From Octopus bimaculoides (lineage: Eukaryota), in contig NC_069003.1 in the NCBI RefSeq assembly GCF_001194135.2, positions 20,058,049 through 20,122,048 of the forward strand: 64,000 bases of DNA, given 5' to 3'. Within the stretch, counting starts at the first letter, position 1. Every line of letters begins with the position of its first letter. Positions 11,901 through 25,643 of the stretch are shown here, one piece after another. A program made the translations under genes and the position numbers. Under the pieces are notes generated by a model. It saw only the letters and a list, made by a program, of their open reading frames with translations, was not told where the DNA came from and did no database searches.

Positions 11901-14900
11901 CACAGGTTTTAAAACACAGCAACATCCTACATATTCCAGAATCTAACGATGAAATTTTCTCTTTTTTCTTTTCTGAAGAAAAATTTGTTAATGAGTTTTA
12001 TCTTTGATTCTATCTCATTAAATCAGCCGTGATTCTGACATCAACCTAATAAGCAATGCAAATTGATTTAGCTCTATTTTGCTAATGAGGTTCAAATTTC
12101 TCTTGCTTTATCTACTAATGAAGGTTAGAAGTAAAATGTCATAAAGTTCATTATATTTCATCTCCTTGTTTTTTGAATCTTAACTGTTTAGAAGAATTTC
12201 TTTAAACCATTTTGATACATGCATGATGTATCTGTATATTTCTATCTACCTGATGGCAGGTTAGAAATATATGAATATTTACATATTCATAGTTGACCAC
12301 TACATTGAGAAGCTATCTGCATCTAGATAAAGGGGTAAACTATGAATATGGAAATAAGCCATCCTGGACCAAATGTGGATTGCTGTTTGGAAGGCATAGC
12401 ATCTGTCAACTGCCTGGCCTAGGGTTACAGGTGAAGCTATAAAGAAACATGTTACAGTTTCAATGAAAGTTGTCCACTTACCAATGGGCAAAGAAACTCC
12501 TGGAAGGTCAAGGGTCAGGATCACCATATTCCTAAGGTGTATTTTTGTTAATTTCTATAAACCAGATGATCATAGAAATTATCAACCAATGAAGAATTTC
12601 AATTCTATCAATTACTACTATAACCAACTTTTTTACTGGTTGATCTTCTTTGAACTTATATTCCATCAGATGATTCCAAATTATTGAGTCAAAAGTTTTG
12701 CAATATTTTGGTAACTCATTTACTCTGTGCACCAAGTTACAATAAAAGCAGCAGCATTCAAAGTAGAGGTCGTTGTGTTGCACTGATCTGAAGCCACCTT
12801 TCTGCCAGTTGTTTGATCTCACACTGATACCAGTTCTTGTCCTTTGAGGTGAAAAACTCCTTCACTGAAGCTTCCACCTCTTCTTTGTTGATGAAATGTC
12901 ACAAGCACTGGAGGTGTGTCATGAAACAGAACAAGTAATAATCCAAGGGAGATATTTTCCTGCAATACTAATGTGCATAAGCAGTGGTTAAGCAAGGGTC
13001 AGCTCCTGGAACCAGATACCAAACATGGGTATTTCAAACACAAGGTAATGCTCTATGTCTGGTGGAATTATGAAGAGATAATTCACAAGATCATTCCAGA
13101 CAGTCAAACCACCAATGCCAGCCTGTACTCCAAACAACTGGAGTGGATATATGCCACTGTGTGGCAAAAGTATCAGACATTGGTTAACAGAAAACAAGTT
13201 CTTCCGCAGCAAAACAATGCAAGATCTCATACCACTCAACCTAGATTAAACTCCAAGAACTTGAAGGAATCAAACACCCAGCATATAGCCGAGGCCTGGC
13301 TCCCTCAGATTATTATTTGTTCCAATCCATGGCTCACTTCCTGCACTTGTGATGCTTTATCAACCAAGAAAAGATGGAAGCTTCAGCAAAGGAGTTCTTC
13401 ACCTTAAAGGACAGGAACTGGTATCAGGATGGGATCAAAGAACTGGTGAAATGTGGTTTCAGACCAGTGCAACACAATGGCCTCTACTTTCAATGCTAGT
13501 CTGCTTTTGTTGTAACTTGACAAATAAAGCAAATTGTTATGAAAATATCACAAAACTTTTAACTCAACACAATACAATTGGTTAATTTAATTTTTTTTTT
13601 GTTTTTTATATCGTTTCCCTTCTTGCAGGAATGGTCACTCATTTGAAACAGCTTTACTGTTATCAATATTCCTTGGTATGTTTGGAGTTGACAGATTTTA
13701 TCTTGGTTACCCTGCTATTGGTAAGTCACTGCTATTAGTATTTACTAAGAATTTTTATAAATATATGAACTATAATGTAAGTGAGCAGTTGTTGAGGTGA
13801 CTAATTCAGTTGAGTGCTATACTAAATGCTTTATATAGTAATTTTTGATGTTGTCCCTCTTGAGACAAATCTTGTTAAACTTTCGATTTTGTCTTTTCTC
13901 CATTCCAAAGGGCATCTACTGACAGTGAAATAGGTGTCCCTCAGTTTCAGTACTGAATATTCAGTTGTTCAATCTCAACTAAATATACCATGCGTGATAG
14001 CATGTATGATGCACCCCCCCCCCCACTTCTTTTTTCTTTTAATGTCTCAGAAAATCACACTGGATCCTATATGCAAAGTTGGACCTATATAACATACTTT
14101 AATACACTAAAGACTTTTTTCCCTGAATATGCACTGCTGAAATTGGAGTGTGTCTTTTATGCCATTAATGTTCCCTCAAAAATGGAGTTTGAGAATATTC
14201 TTCAAAGGCTGAATAGATACTCTGAGTTAATTTGATGTTAGAGACTTTTTTTTTTTTTTTTTAGAACCTTCCCTTATTTCTCTTGTCATTAAATCTTTAT
14301 TTACATTTTTTTAGGGTTGCTGAAATTCTCAACTCTGGGATTTATGTTCCTCGGACAACTAATTGACATCTTATTAATTGCTACCCAGGTATTTGTAACA
14401 TGTTATTTACAATCAATATAACCTTTTGTGTAGATCGTAAATGTTTTTAATCAGTCTTTTATCCAAAAACCTAGTGTTCTCCCTTGGTTTACTGTCATTC
14501 ACTGTATTTTAGCTGAGCTTGTTTGAGTATTTGAACTTTTTCTCGTTGATACTGAATCAAAACAAGACAAGATCTCTTGGCTTAATGTAAGATCTTCCTC
14601 AATTATAAACTTGGCACCAGCAAAAGAAAGAAAGTTTGCTAATGCTTACCATCAATATCTTGATTTTATTTGAATCTATTTGAGTCTGACTTCCTCTAAG
14701 ATAAAATTTGAAATAAAAATGAAAGCACACCTGGCTTTGCTCAAAGTGATTCTCTTGCTCATAAACTTGTCATGTGTAAATGAAACAGTTGTTGAGAGCC
14801 AGGTTAAATCCACAGAATGTTAGTCCTCTGGAATTGCCTCTTTCCAAGTTTTCCTGCAGCTGTCGATTTGCAAGTGTGCAAGAGGGACATTAACTGCATC

Positions 14901-15437
14901 AGTATTACAGGTCTCGCATAAGGCAGTAAGCTGGCAGAATTGTTGGCACTCTGGGCAAAATGCTTAGCAGCGTTTCATCTGTCTTTACATTCTGAGTTCA
15001 AATTCTGTCAAGGTTGACTTTACCTTTCATCCTTTTGAGGTCAGTAAAATAAATACCAGTTAATCATTGAGGTCAGTGTAATCAACTTAGCCCTTTCCAC
15101 GAAATTTCTGGCCTTGTGCCAGTATTTGAATCAAATATTAAAGGTTTCACAGGGCCTGCAAGACACTAAGCATAGCAATTTACTTCAGACCAATGCAATA
15201 AAAATAGAAAATAAAATAAAGAAAAACTGTTCTTTGGTAACAGGAATATAGACACAGGCATGGCTGTAATCTTGTATTTTATTTATTAAGAATTTCACTA
15301 ATCTTGTGTTTTATTTATTTATGTTTTAGGTTGTGAAACCTGCTGATGGATCAGATTATGTCATTGACTGTTATGGAGCTGTTTTGACCAGACTATCAAT
15401 GGATAATGAGACTTATATCAAACCACCAAATTACTAA
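8847..15437 (+). CDS. TM2D1: TM2 domain-containing protein 1 (BBP), 5 coding exons, N-terminal exon not found in window
   Basis: Spliced translation YVCDEPIIDSKTQQAKNC...CRTAPNITC...CKWTNGHSFETALLLSIFLGMFGVDRFYLGYPAIGLLKFSTLGFMFLGQLIDILLIATQVVKPADGSDYVIDCYGAVLTRLSMDNETYIKPPNY*; DRFYLG TM2 motif and phases 2/1/2/1/0 all consistent. Confidence 0.95.
10161..10251 (+). CDS. TM2D1: TM2D1 coding exon (TCRTAPNITCRGESKNESQKFTRHLPCKW)
   Basis: ttttgcag| acceptor, |gtaagt donor, 91 nt, phase 1 to 2. Confidence 0.93.
12682..13575. mobile_element. Two mariner 3'-end fragments in inverted orientation (12682-12920 minus; 12990-13575 plus)
   Basis: Plus ORF HKVMLYVWWNYEEIIH...YSKQLE...LVNRKQVLPQQNNARSHT; mariner-type terminus at both outer ends. 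Confidence 0.8.
13629..13720 (+). CDS. TM2D1: TM2D1 coding exon (NGHSFETALLLSIFLGMFGVDRFYLGYPAI)
   Basis: tcttgcag| acceptor, |gtaagt donor, 92 nt, TM2 motif DRFYLG. Confidence 0.96.
14315..14388 (+). CDS. TM2D1: TM2D1 coding exon (GLLKFSTLGFMFLGQLIDILLIATQ)
   Basis: tttttttag| acceptor, cag|gtattt donor, 74 nt, second TM helix. Confidence 0.95.
15330..15437 (+). CDS. TM2D1: TM2D1 last coding exon (VVKPADGSDYVIDCYGAVLTRLSMDNETYIKPPNY*)
   Basis: ttttag| acceptor, 108 nt ending TAA. Confidence 0.95.
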   Translation, partial: VVKPADGSDYVIDCYGAVLTRLSMDNETYIKPPNY

Positions 15438-18416
15438 TGAACATTAACAACCTCAATTTTCCTTGATCTCTTCATTGACAGTGTAGAGAAAGCATTATCC
15501 ACTGTTGCGTTTTGACATTTATGCTATCATGCATGATGTGATGTTACTTGTATAAAGGTGCAGATATAACCATGAGGTTCAGAAGCTTGCTTTGCTATGT
15601 GATTCTGGGTTCAGTTCCACTGCATAGCACCTTGGGCAAATGTCTTTTACTATAGCTTTGGGCTGAACAATACCTTTTGAGTATTATTCGGTAACCAGGA
15701 ACTATACCAAAGACCATCAATAAATTAATTAATTTTGTTTCCAATACATAGAAGAGTTTATAGCACAGTAAAGTCTCATAAGCAGAATAACCTACCTCTG
15801 ATCTTTAATCTCCCATCTTCCAAATCAACATCCCGGTTTACAGGATTACTAAACAACTAGATAGATACACTCATTGGATGGGTTCATAGAAATTTTTACA
15901 ACTGACTAAGCAATGTTTCTACTATGAATGTAGAAAATCTCTTTACTAATGTTTCTATATTGGGAATTGTAGGCATAACATTAGACCAAGTGTATGCACA
16001 CCCCTACAATAAAAGTACCCAATATGCCAAGAAACCTCATTAGAAAGTTCCTATTGGCTTGCACAACTAAGGTTCTCTTCCATTGCCTGCAAGGCAATTC
16101 ATAAATCCAAGAGAATGGAGTGGCCATGGATTTTGAACTTGGGGCCATATTTGTAGCCTTTTATGTGACTAGTGTTGAAAACAAGGTTCTTCCCAGACAT
16201 AAAGCCAAAACCATAGCTGTTACTAGCAAGCAGGTATGACTTGATAGTATGTATCATGCTTTCACTAATGATTTAGATATCTATATTGTCATGAGCAAAC
16301 GGAGATACCTTCCTGCGACTTGATCCAGAGGAACATCCAGGGGTGACAGCTGGCGGGAGAAAGAGCTGCACCAGTGCTAAGCTGGTATTTGTTTCCGGCT
16401 GAGTATACTGGTGCACTGTAAAATGAAGCACTCTGCTCAAGCAAACAACAATATGCCACTCTGTGAAGAAACTTTATGATAGAGGGCCCAGTACCCTAAC
16501 CACTTGGCTGTGCATTTTACATTCCTAAACATAACCACATCATATCTATACTTGTACATTGACAACATTGTGATGGTCACATAAAAACAGGCAGCTATTT
16601 AAAAAAATGGAAAAAGAAAAAACAATTCCATTTTACAATTCAATGTAGTTTCAGCAGAGATTCAGACCACATATTCTTAGATATAAATGTAGAAATAGAG
16701 AGGAATTTTCTATCACACCTTCACTTACATACTCTTAATGCACAGAGTTAGTGTATCCATTGAGATATAAAATTTCTATAGTAAAATCACTTCTAAAATA
16801 CTTCCTTAAATTTCCATTCATAAAAGCAGTTTTAAATAAGGAAAATCATTAACCCTCTTTTTTCTGTATTCCTGTTGAAATACACTGCTTTGTTTCAATT
16901 CATTTTGAAAATAATAAAGAATTTAGTAAAATAACTGTAGTTATTAAGGTGGCGAGCTGGCAGAATCGTTAGCATGCTGGGTAAAATGCTTAGCAGCTTT
17001 TCCTCCATCTCTATGTTCTAAGTTCAAATCCCACCAAGGTCAACTTTGCCTTTCTTCTTTTTGGGTTGATGAAATAAGTGCCAGTTGAACACTGGGGGTT
17101 GATGTAATCAACTTACCTCCTCCCTTGAACTTGCTGGCCTTGTGCCAAAATTCAAAATCATTATTAAATTGGAGTTTGAGACAAAAATTAATATAAAATT
17201 TTATTAGATGGTTTTAATGCAGATCAATTTAAAATATGAAGTTTGTGTCATGGATCCAGGGTTGAACCCAGGCAAGTTGATATAAAGAGTTAAAGTTAAA
17301 TTTCAGTTAATAACTAATTCTCTAACACATCAGACCAAGCTGTGGAACTGTACAAGAACAAATTCAACATTTAAGCAGCATGTATATAATGTGGTATATG
17401 TATCAGATGCAGCATAATTATACAATAGATGGATATGTCAAATAAAACAAAAAAACTCATAAAACAACACATATGTCACACTTCACCACAAACTAATAAT
17501 TAGAATAGATTACAAAAAACAGCAAAAATGAAGACAACCATCTCATCACAATGAAACTAGAACACCTGTAAGTCACAACATATTTGACACAACCAACGTA
17601 AATGTAAAGATTTTGACGTAAAACATGAAAGTTGTAAACTTCGTAACTCGTACAAGTACAATACTTTCTCATTCATTGACTGTGCTTTTACAAAGAACCA
17701 TTGGGGTTTTTGTCTGTCATAGTCAACTATGTATCTGTACTTATATGCACACTGGCTTGGACAAATTAAAAAAAAAAATCTTTCTTTCTTTTTCCTTGCC
17801 ACTTTTATTACTCAAGGGAAAAAGCTTTTTCTTAAGGGCTGAAACAAGCTTGACATTAATGTTATGGCAAGCTTTGTCATCAAAATGCAAAGAGCCAACA
17901 TAGATATCAAGGCAGCTCATCTAATACTGTAACAGTCCACTGCCCTGTATTGTTACTTTTTTTATTGATACTGAAAGGCTGAAATGCAAAAGTTGGCATT
18001 TGAATCCAGTAGGATATGAACTTGGAGCATGGAATTAAAACATTATAAGGCCGTCTGTCCAATATTTTAATGACTACCAACTTGCCAACATTACAAAATA
18101 TTAGAATATGGAATACGAAACAAAACTATGAAGAAACATTTATTAATTGATGGCACTACCATATTTAGAATTAGAATTTCTTAAAAAATGACAATATAAA
18201 CTTTAGCAGATTTATTAATAGCAAGATACAAACAAAATATTAACTCAGAGCTCATGTGAAATGAGTTTATCCAGGGTTAAGAAGTTAAGTGGCCTTCTCA
18301 ACCTTGTGATTTCTGGTTCAGAACCACTGCACTTCAGGCAAGTGTGTTCTATATCTCCAGGCTGACCAAAGCATTGTGAGTGAATTTGGTAGGTAGGAAC
18401 TGAAAGAAGACTGTCA

Positions 18417-18454
<38 letters not shown>

Positions 18455-19539
18455 TTTATATTCAAGCTATATTAAAAACAATTATACATTAATCTGATGG
18501 GTTACTCTATACTTTTGTAGAGTATGTTATTCTTATACAAGAATGTTGATAGTGATCAGTTAAGCCATCATCCAACGAAAGTTCAAAGTCTCTACAGCAT
18601 TCTTGTATAAGAATAATAAATATATATATATGAGTGAGTGGACAAATGAAAGAAAAATGCATTTAACACATTTAGTAGGAATTGCATGTATTATTTAAAG
18701 TAGTTTGATTTGGATTCTATACAGCTTAAAGTTTTGAGGGCCTCTAACAGAAGCCCACAGGACTAAGTTGCATGGAGCCAAATCAAATTGTTTTAAATAG
18801 TGTGCATGATTTGTGTTTGTGCCTAAATTTTCGTGACCTCACATCGTAGTTGTAAGCAAGCATCACCACTGTACAAGTGGTATCTTTCATTTACAATCTT
18901 CTGTGAAAACATCCGAGCATGGGGAAATATTCTTTGGATGCAACTGAGAGGGTCAGTAATAGGAAAGGCATCCAACCATAGAAACTTTGTCTCAGTGGAG
19001 TCTGTCTGACCCATGCAAGCTTGGAAAAGTGGACATTAAAATGATGTGATGGTAACATATATAGGCAAATTGGCAGAGGTCATTAGAGTAACAGATCCAT
19101 CTTGTAGTATTTCTTTCTGTTCTGGGTTCAATTCCTGCTGGTGTCAATTTACCTTTCGTCCCTTCAGGGTAATTTTTTTTCTCTCTGGGGAAGAAAAAAT
19201 ATCACTTATAGTCAGACCTGGAGAGGGATGGGTTTTGCCAGGTGTAATAAAATTGTAATAAAATTGTTCAAGATACACCTTATATCATGATTTCACTGCT
19301 ACAACTCCATCAGGAATTGAGAACAAAGCATATTTGTATGTGTTGCTATATATGTATATAGACTTGTTTCTCCATTTTTCTTTCTCTCATCCCTTTTTGT
19401 CGAAGAGCATAGACTTGAAACATCAAAGATTTTTCCATTTTTCCTGAGTGTCAAACTAATACACCTGCTTGTTCCCTCACCTGTCTCTCTTTTATTTTCT
19501 ATTCATTTGAACCATATGTGTGCATGCATATATATATAT

Positions 19540-19586
<47 letters not shown>

Positions 19587-22500
19587 ATGACAAACCCACT
19601 GTTGTGGACTAGCTTTATTTATTTGGCTGCTGTCATTTTTTTTCTTTGTTATATTCTATCTTGATAACCTATCATTTATCACTTTTCATCATCATCTTCA
19701 CTTTTATTTTGCTGTTTTATTATTATTATTTCTTTTTATATTTAAGTTTTTACTAACAGATGGAACTTCAGCCAGAAATTATATTTATATTGTGTAAATC
19801 AATCAAATAAATAAGTTTATTCTTTTAATCTCCAGTATATGTTTTTTCTCTGTTAACCCTTTTGTTACTATGTTTCTGATGATACACACTGCCTTTGTTT
19901 CAATTAATTTTCAAAATAATTTAGGAAAATTGCTTTGACATCATGAAGTTAATGTTTGGAACATAAATTAACATAAAATTTATGGAAAAAGGTTTTAATT
20001 TAGATCACTTTAAAATTGGAAATTTGTATCACAAGTAAGGGCAATCCCAGGTGAGTTACAATATTTAACCCTTTTGTTGCCATATTTCTGTTGATATACT
20101 CTGTTTTTGTTTCAATTAATTTTGAAAGTAATGAAGAATTTAGTAAAGTAACCTGGTCATTATTCAGCTGATGTTTGGAATAGAAGACAATTTTAATTTA
20201 GATCATTTTAAAACAGGAGGTTTGGATCATAGAACCAGGGGCAGTCTCAGGTAAGTTGTAAAACAGACAATATTTTAATGTTTTTGCTCCCATATATCTG
20301 TTGAAATACGCTGATTCCAAACAACAACAAACTGTAGTTAATTGACTTCTAGATGTGAAAGTTTACCCTTTAACATTCACATTACTCTGTTAGATGTAAT
20401 GCTTATTTATTCACATCGTTTTGAATTAATGAAGCATTACCTTGTAGCTTTGAGATTTTGATGACATGGTAGTTTATTTTTAGAATGACATTGTTGGGTA
20501 GGTATGTAGGGCTAGATCTGGCTACTTTTTGAACATAAAGCAGGTAGAAGATTATGGCTGGATTAAATGCTAAAGGGTTAAAGTTAATCCAAGTCAGATT
20601 AACCAAATTAAAAAACAAAACAGTATTAAATGAGCAAACTAATGCATGAATACAAATTAATTCAGGGATTAAAAAAAAATATTTTTGCTCATTTCTTCAT
20701 TCACTTTGTTTTAAAGAATTAAGTGGGATTGCGTAGGAGCATTGCCTATGAACTCGTAAGAGACAAATTGTAGATGAGGACCTTTGCTGCAGACTAGTTA
20801 CTGGACTGGTTGACAGAAAAGGGGACTTCCAGTCAGGTGGGAAAGAGACCCAGGCTTCAATAGTGGTTCGCTTCCTCACTCACGTTGTAGATGTTTAATA
20901 CACAATAAACACATCGTTTTTATGTTTATGTATAGCTTAATGGAAGCTAAAGTTGTACTTAATTTGGTAGGAATCATATAATAGCAGAGAAAGAGAAAGT
21001 CATTAGAAAACATTGACAGCTTGTTAAAAATCAAAATCAAATTCTGGTTGATGAGTAGTCTAAAAGGTTCTTCCATGCCCCCTTTATTTCTCCTACCAGA
21101 ACTTCACCATTTCACCACACCTCAACTGGTCTATGTTTTTCAAAACTCACCTGGGACTGCCCTCTGGTTTTATGATACAAAGTTCCTGTTTAAATTTGAT
21201 CTTAATTAGAACCCTTCATCAAAATGTCACATTAATTTATATTCCAAACATCAGCTTAATAATGGTTCCAAATTTTGGTACAAGGCTAGCAATTTCAAGG
21301 GAGAGGGGGTAAGCCAATTACATCGACCCCAGCACTCAACTGATACTTACTTTATTTACCCCAAAAGGATGAAAGGCAAAGTCAGTCTTGGCAGCATTTG
21401 AACTCAGAAATGTAAGGACAGGCGAAATGCTGCTAACTATATTGCCCAGCATGCTATTAATTCTACCAGCTCACTGCCTTCACAGCTTGATAATAATGAC
21501 AAAGATATTCTACTAAATTCTTCACAGGTGCAGGCTTAGCCATGCAATTAAGAAACTTGCTTTGCAACCATATGGTTTGAGGTTTGAGTCGCACTTTGAG
21601 CAAATGTCTTCTACATCTCTGAGCTGACCAATGCCTTGTGAGTGGATTTGGTGGATGGAAACTGTAGGAGCTTGTCACATGTGTATGTATATCTTTGTGT
21701 GTGTTTGTCCCCTAACCATCACTGCTTGACAACCAGCATTGTTTGTTTATGTTCTCATAACTTAGCAGTTTGGCAAACGAATGATAAAATATGTACTGGA
21801 AATAATTTGTTTGACTAAATCAATGGCTCTGAACCATTCTTTACCTATGGACCCTTTTGATTACTATTCTATTTTGGTAGACCCCCCATTGCCATTCACT
21901 GTTTAAAAAACTAGTTTTATAGATACTTCTTTTAAATTTACTATTTTGTTTTTCACTTGTGTAAGATGAATTATGTAAAGGCAGTGCCCCAGCACGGCCA
22001 CAAGTGAAAGATAAAGATTATTTTCAAAAATAATTGAAACAATGACAGTATATTTCAACAGAGTTATAGCAACAAAAGGATTAAGTGAATAATTTGAAAA
22101 ACAACAATGGCAAGAATAACAAGAAGAAAACTAGCTCCATTGAAAATGGGACCCTTTAGCATTCACATTATTCTGTCAAATGTAATGCTTATTTATTTAC
22201 ATTGTTTAGAATTAAATCACGCATTATCTTGTAGCTTTAAGATTTCAATGATGTGACTGTATCTTTTTAGAATGACATTGTAGGGTAGGTGTGAGAGGTT
22301 AGATCCGGTTAGTTTTAGCATAAAACTGGTCAAATATTTAAGCAGGATAGGGTTAAACTAAATATATACAAGACATTGGATAGGGGTTTGTATGAGTTGG
22401 GAGAATGTGAGAAATTAATTAAATAAATTAATTAGTTAATTTGAAAGCAGGTGGGGAAGGTGGAATTGTTGAAAGAGTGAAAGAGGCCTTGAAGAAAAAG

Positions 22501-23419
22501 GATGGGTGGGTGAAGAATAATAGGAGGAAGTGTGGATGGACGGTTAGGGAGAAGCCAAGACGAAGAAGACAAAAATAATGATGAGTATAAAGATTGGTGG
22601 TGATGGTGATGATGATTATCATTTACATCATTATCTTTTATCTTTTACTTTTTTCAATCATCTGACTATGGTCATGCTGGAGCACTGCCTTGGAGAGTTT
22701 TGATAGAAATAAATCAACCCCAGTACTATTTATTTAGTGTAAAACTTGGTACTTATTCTATCGTTCTCTTTTGCTGAACTGCTAGGTTACAGGGATGTAA
22801 ACAAACCAGCACCAGTTGTCAAATGGTGGAGGAGTACAGACACAAAGACACACACATGGATGTGTGTGTGTGTGTATATATACATACATATATTCTTGTA
22901 CTTGTTTGAGTCATTTGATTGTGGCCATGCTAGAGTACTGCCTTAGAGGGTTTTAGTCAAAGAAATTGACCCCAGGACTTATTCTTTGTAAGTCTAGTAC
23001 TTATTCTATCAGTCTCTTTTGCCGAACCACTAAGTTACAGGAACATAAACACACCAGCATTGGTTGTCAAGTGATGGCGAGGGGACAAACAGACACACAA
23101 TTATATACATATATATATATGACAAACTTCTTTCAGTTTCCATCTACCAAATCCACTCACAAGGCTTTGGTCAGCCCGAGGCTATAGTAGAAGACACTTG
23201 CCCAAGGTGCCATGAAGTGGGACTGAACCTCAATTCATATTTTGAGCAATTCACGACAAGATACGCCTTCGACAAAACAGTTGCTCCCGCAAAGCAAATT
23301 AAATCAAATTTGGGATTTTGCGGAGGGTCAAAGTTGCTAACAAAAACAGGACAGTGAAACCAAACAGGAAGGGCTGTTAAGGTTAAACAAGGTGAGTTGG
23401 CGAACGCTGGACGAACAAG

Positions 23420-23740
23420 CTCTGACTTGGTGGCACATGAAAAACAGCATTCGAGTGAGGTCATTGCCAGTGCTGCTGGACTGGCTCCTGTGCAGGTAGC
23501 ACATAAAAAACACCATTCAAGCATGGCCGTTGCCAGTACCGCCCGACTGGCCCTCGTGCCAGTGGCACGTAAAAGCATCTAATACTCTCGGAGTGGTTGG
23601 CGTTAGGAAGGGCATCCAGCTGTAGAAACTCTGCCAAATCAGATTGGAGCCTGGTGCAGCCATCTGGCTCTCCAGTCCTCAGTCAAACCGTCCAACCCAT
23701 GCCAGTATGGAAAGCGGACGTTAAATGATGATGATGATGT
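23420..23740 (+). mobile_element. Non-autonomous retroposon with (GAT)n tail and ggcacgtaaaaagcacc modules; copies ~3760, 5270, 11580, 32890, 54180 (+) and ~9330, 10290, 10820, 25640, 49240, 56640 (-)
   Basis: Shared 3' end ggaagggcatccagctgtagaaac...ccaacccatgccagcatggaaa.cggacgttaaatgatgatgat. Confidence 0.85.
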
Positions 23741-25101
23741 TCTGAACAGAAATAACAGCAATAATATAACAACCAGTTAATGATGTGGATTGAAAAATAT
23801 CTCTAACATATAAATATAAACAAGTAACAGAATGCCGATATGCCTGGCAAACCGTGATGTTTAAGATGCATGCAGATTGATCATTAAACAAATTAGAAAT
23901 CTGATGATTACACTATGTATGAAAGGGCTAACTTTATGAGCATTACAAAATATTTTTTTTTAATGTAAAAATACCATAATAAAAAACGTGAAAACCAGAC
24001 CATGTTTTAACTTAATTCAACTGATATATATCTATATTGCTTTGGCAATTCATATACTAAAATGATAGAGATTGGCATGGCCCCTGTGCAAGGATCACAT
24101 GCAAATTTGTGAAGCATTCCATATTTTTCAGGCACAGGCATGGTTGTGTGATAACAAGTTTGCTTCCCCTCCGCATAGTTCTGGGTTCGGTCTCACACCT
24201 TCGGCAAGTGTCTTCTACTATAGTTTTGAGCCAACCAAAACCTTGTGAATGAATTTGATAGGCGAAAACTGAAAGAAGCCCATTGTGTGTGTGTGTACAT
24301 AATATATATATATATGTGTGTGTGTGATAAAGACACATACAGATATATATATATATATATATATCTGTATGTGTCTTTATCACACACACACATATATATA
24401 TGTACATATGTCTATGTATGTGTGACTTTGTATTTGCCCCCCCACCACCCCCACCACCACTGCTTGACAACTGGTGTTATTGTGTTTGCATCCCTGTAAC
24501 TTAGCAGTTTGGCAAAAGAACTAATAGAATAACTACCAGGTATTAAAAAAAAGCAGTACTGGGGTCAATCCATTCATTTGACTAAAGATTCAAGGCTGCA
24601 GTCTAATGATTGAAACACATAAAAGATATATATATATTTATATTTTCACATATGTGTGTGTGTGTGTGTGTGCATTTATATATATATATATACATACAAG
24701 TGTGTGTATAAGAGGTGAGGATAATGTGTATGCTTGTGTGTGTATGTGTGTGAAAGAGAAAGAGAGTGGTTAGTGAGACTGGCAGTGTGTTAGGTGTCTA
24801 TGTGTTTGTATGTACATGTATACCTTTGTGCGACTGAGTATGCAGCATTAGTTGGATATGCATGTGTGTGTGTGTGTGCTTGATGAGTTTCCACATAGTT
24901 TCCATCAATCAATTTTCCTTCACATGAAGACATCACTCAACAAACACTTTATAATATTCAGACTTTCCTGAAACAGTAAACTATGACACATCATGAGACT
25001 TCATCCATCACATCCATCCAAGATCTGTCTCTCCTGAGAAGCCATCTAGCTCTAAACAATACTGAAGCAATCTTTCTCTCATTCAGCCAAAATCACATTT
25101 A

Positions 25102-25105
<4 letters not shown>

Positions 25106-25191
<86 letters not shown>
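25106..25191. repeat. (CT)n microsatellite
   Basis: ~43 units, one interruption. Confidence 0.97.
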
Positions 25192-25193
<2 letters not shown>

Positions 25194-25612
25194 GAACTAT
25201 TAAACTTGGCAGAATGAAATCTCAAGTGACAGCCTAGACAGCGATACGTGGCTTCACCTTTATGCTTGACACTGCACATACTCAATGAAGACTAAAAGCT
25301 ATTAGAATCTTTAATTAATTGTAATTACACATTGGCTGCAGAAGAAGAACTGAAACATTTTGTTAACGAGCTAGGTTTAGATTACAGCTGCTTGATTGCT
25401 TGATGAGTGACAACAAAAAAAAACAAATCAAAAAATCTACAATAAGAAGAAAATCAATGACTGTGAAATGGTAATTGCAAACACAAAAAAACAACAATAA
25501 TTATAATAATGAAATCATCATCATCATCATCATTTGATGATGATCATAATATATAAATATATATGTCATTGCTTTATGATATTTGTGTTTTAATTCATTA
25601 TTATATGTGTGC

Positions 25613-25643
<31 letters not shown>

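Noticed and set aside
20697-21076. Minus-strand ORFs with AG/GTGAGT boundaries as an exon
   Set aside because: AT-rich, non-protein-like translation and no recognisable domain.
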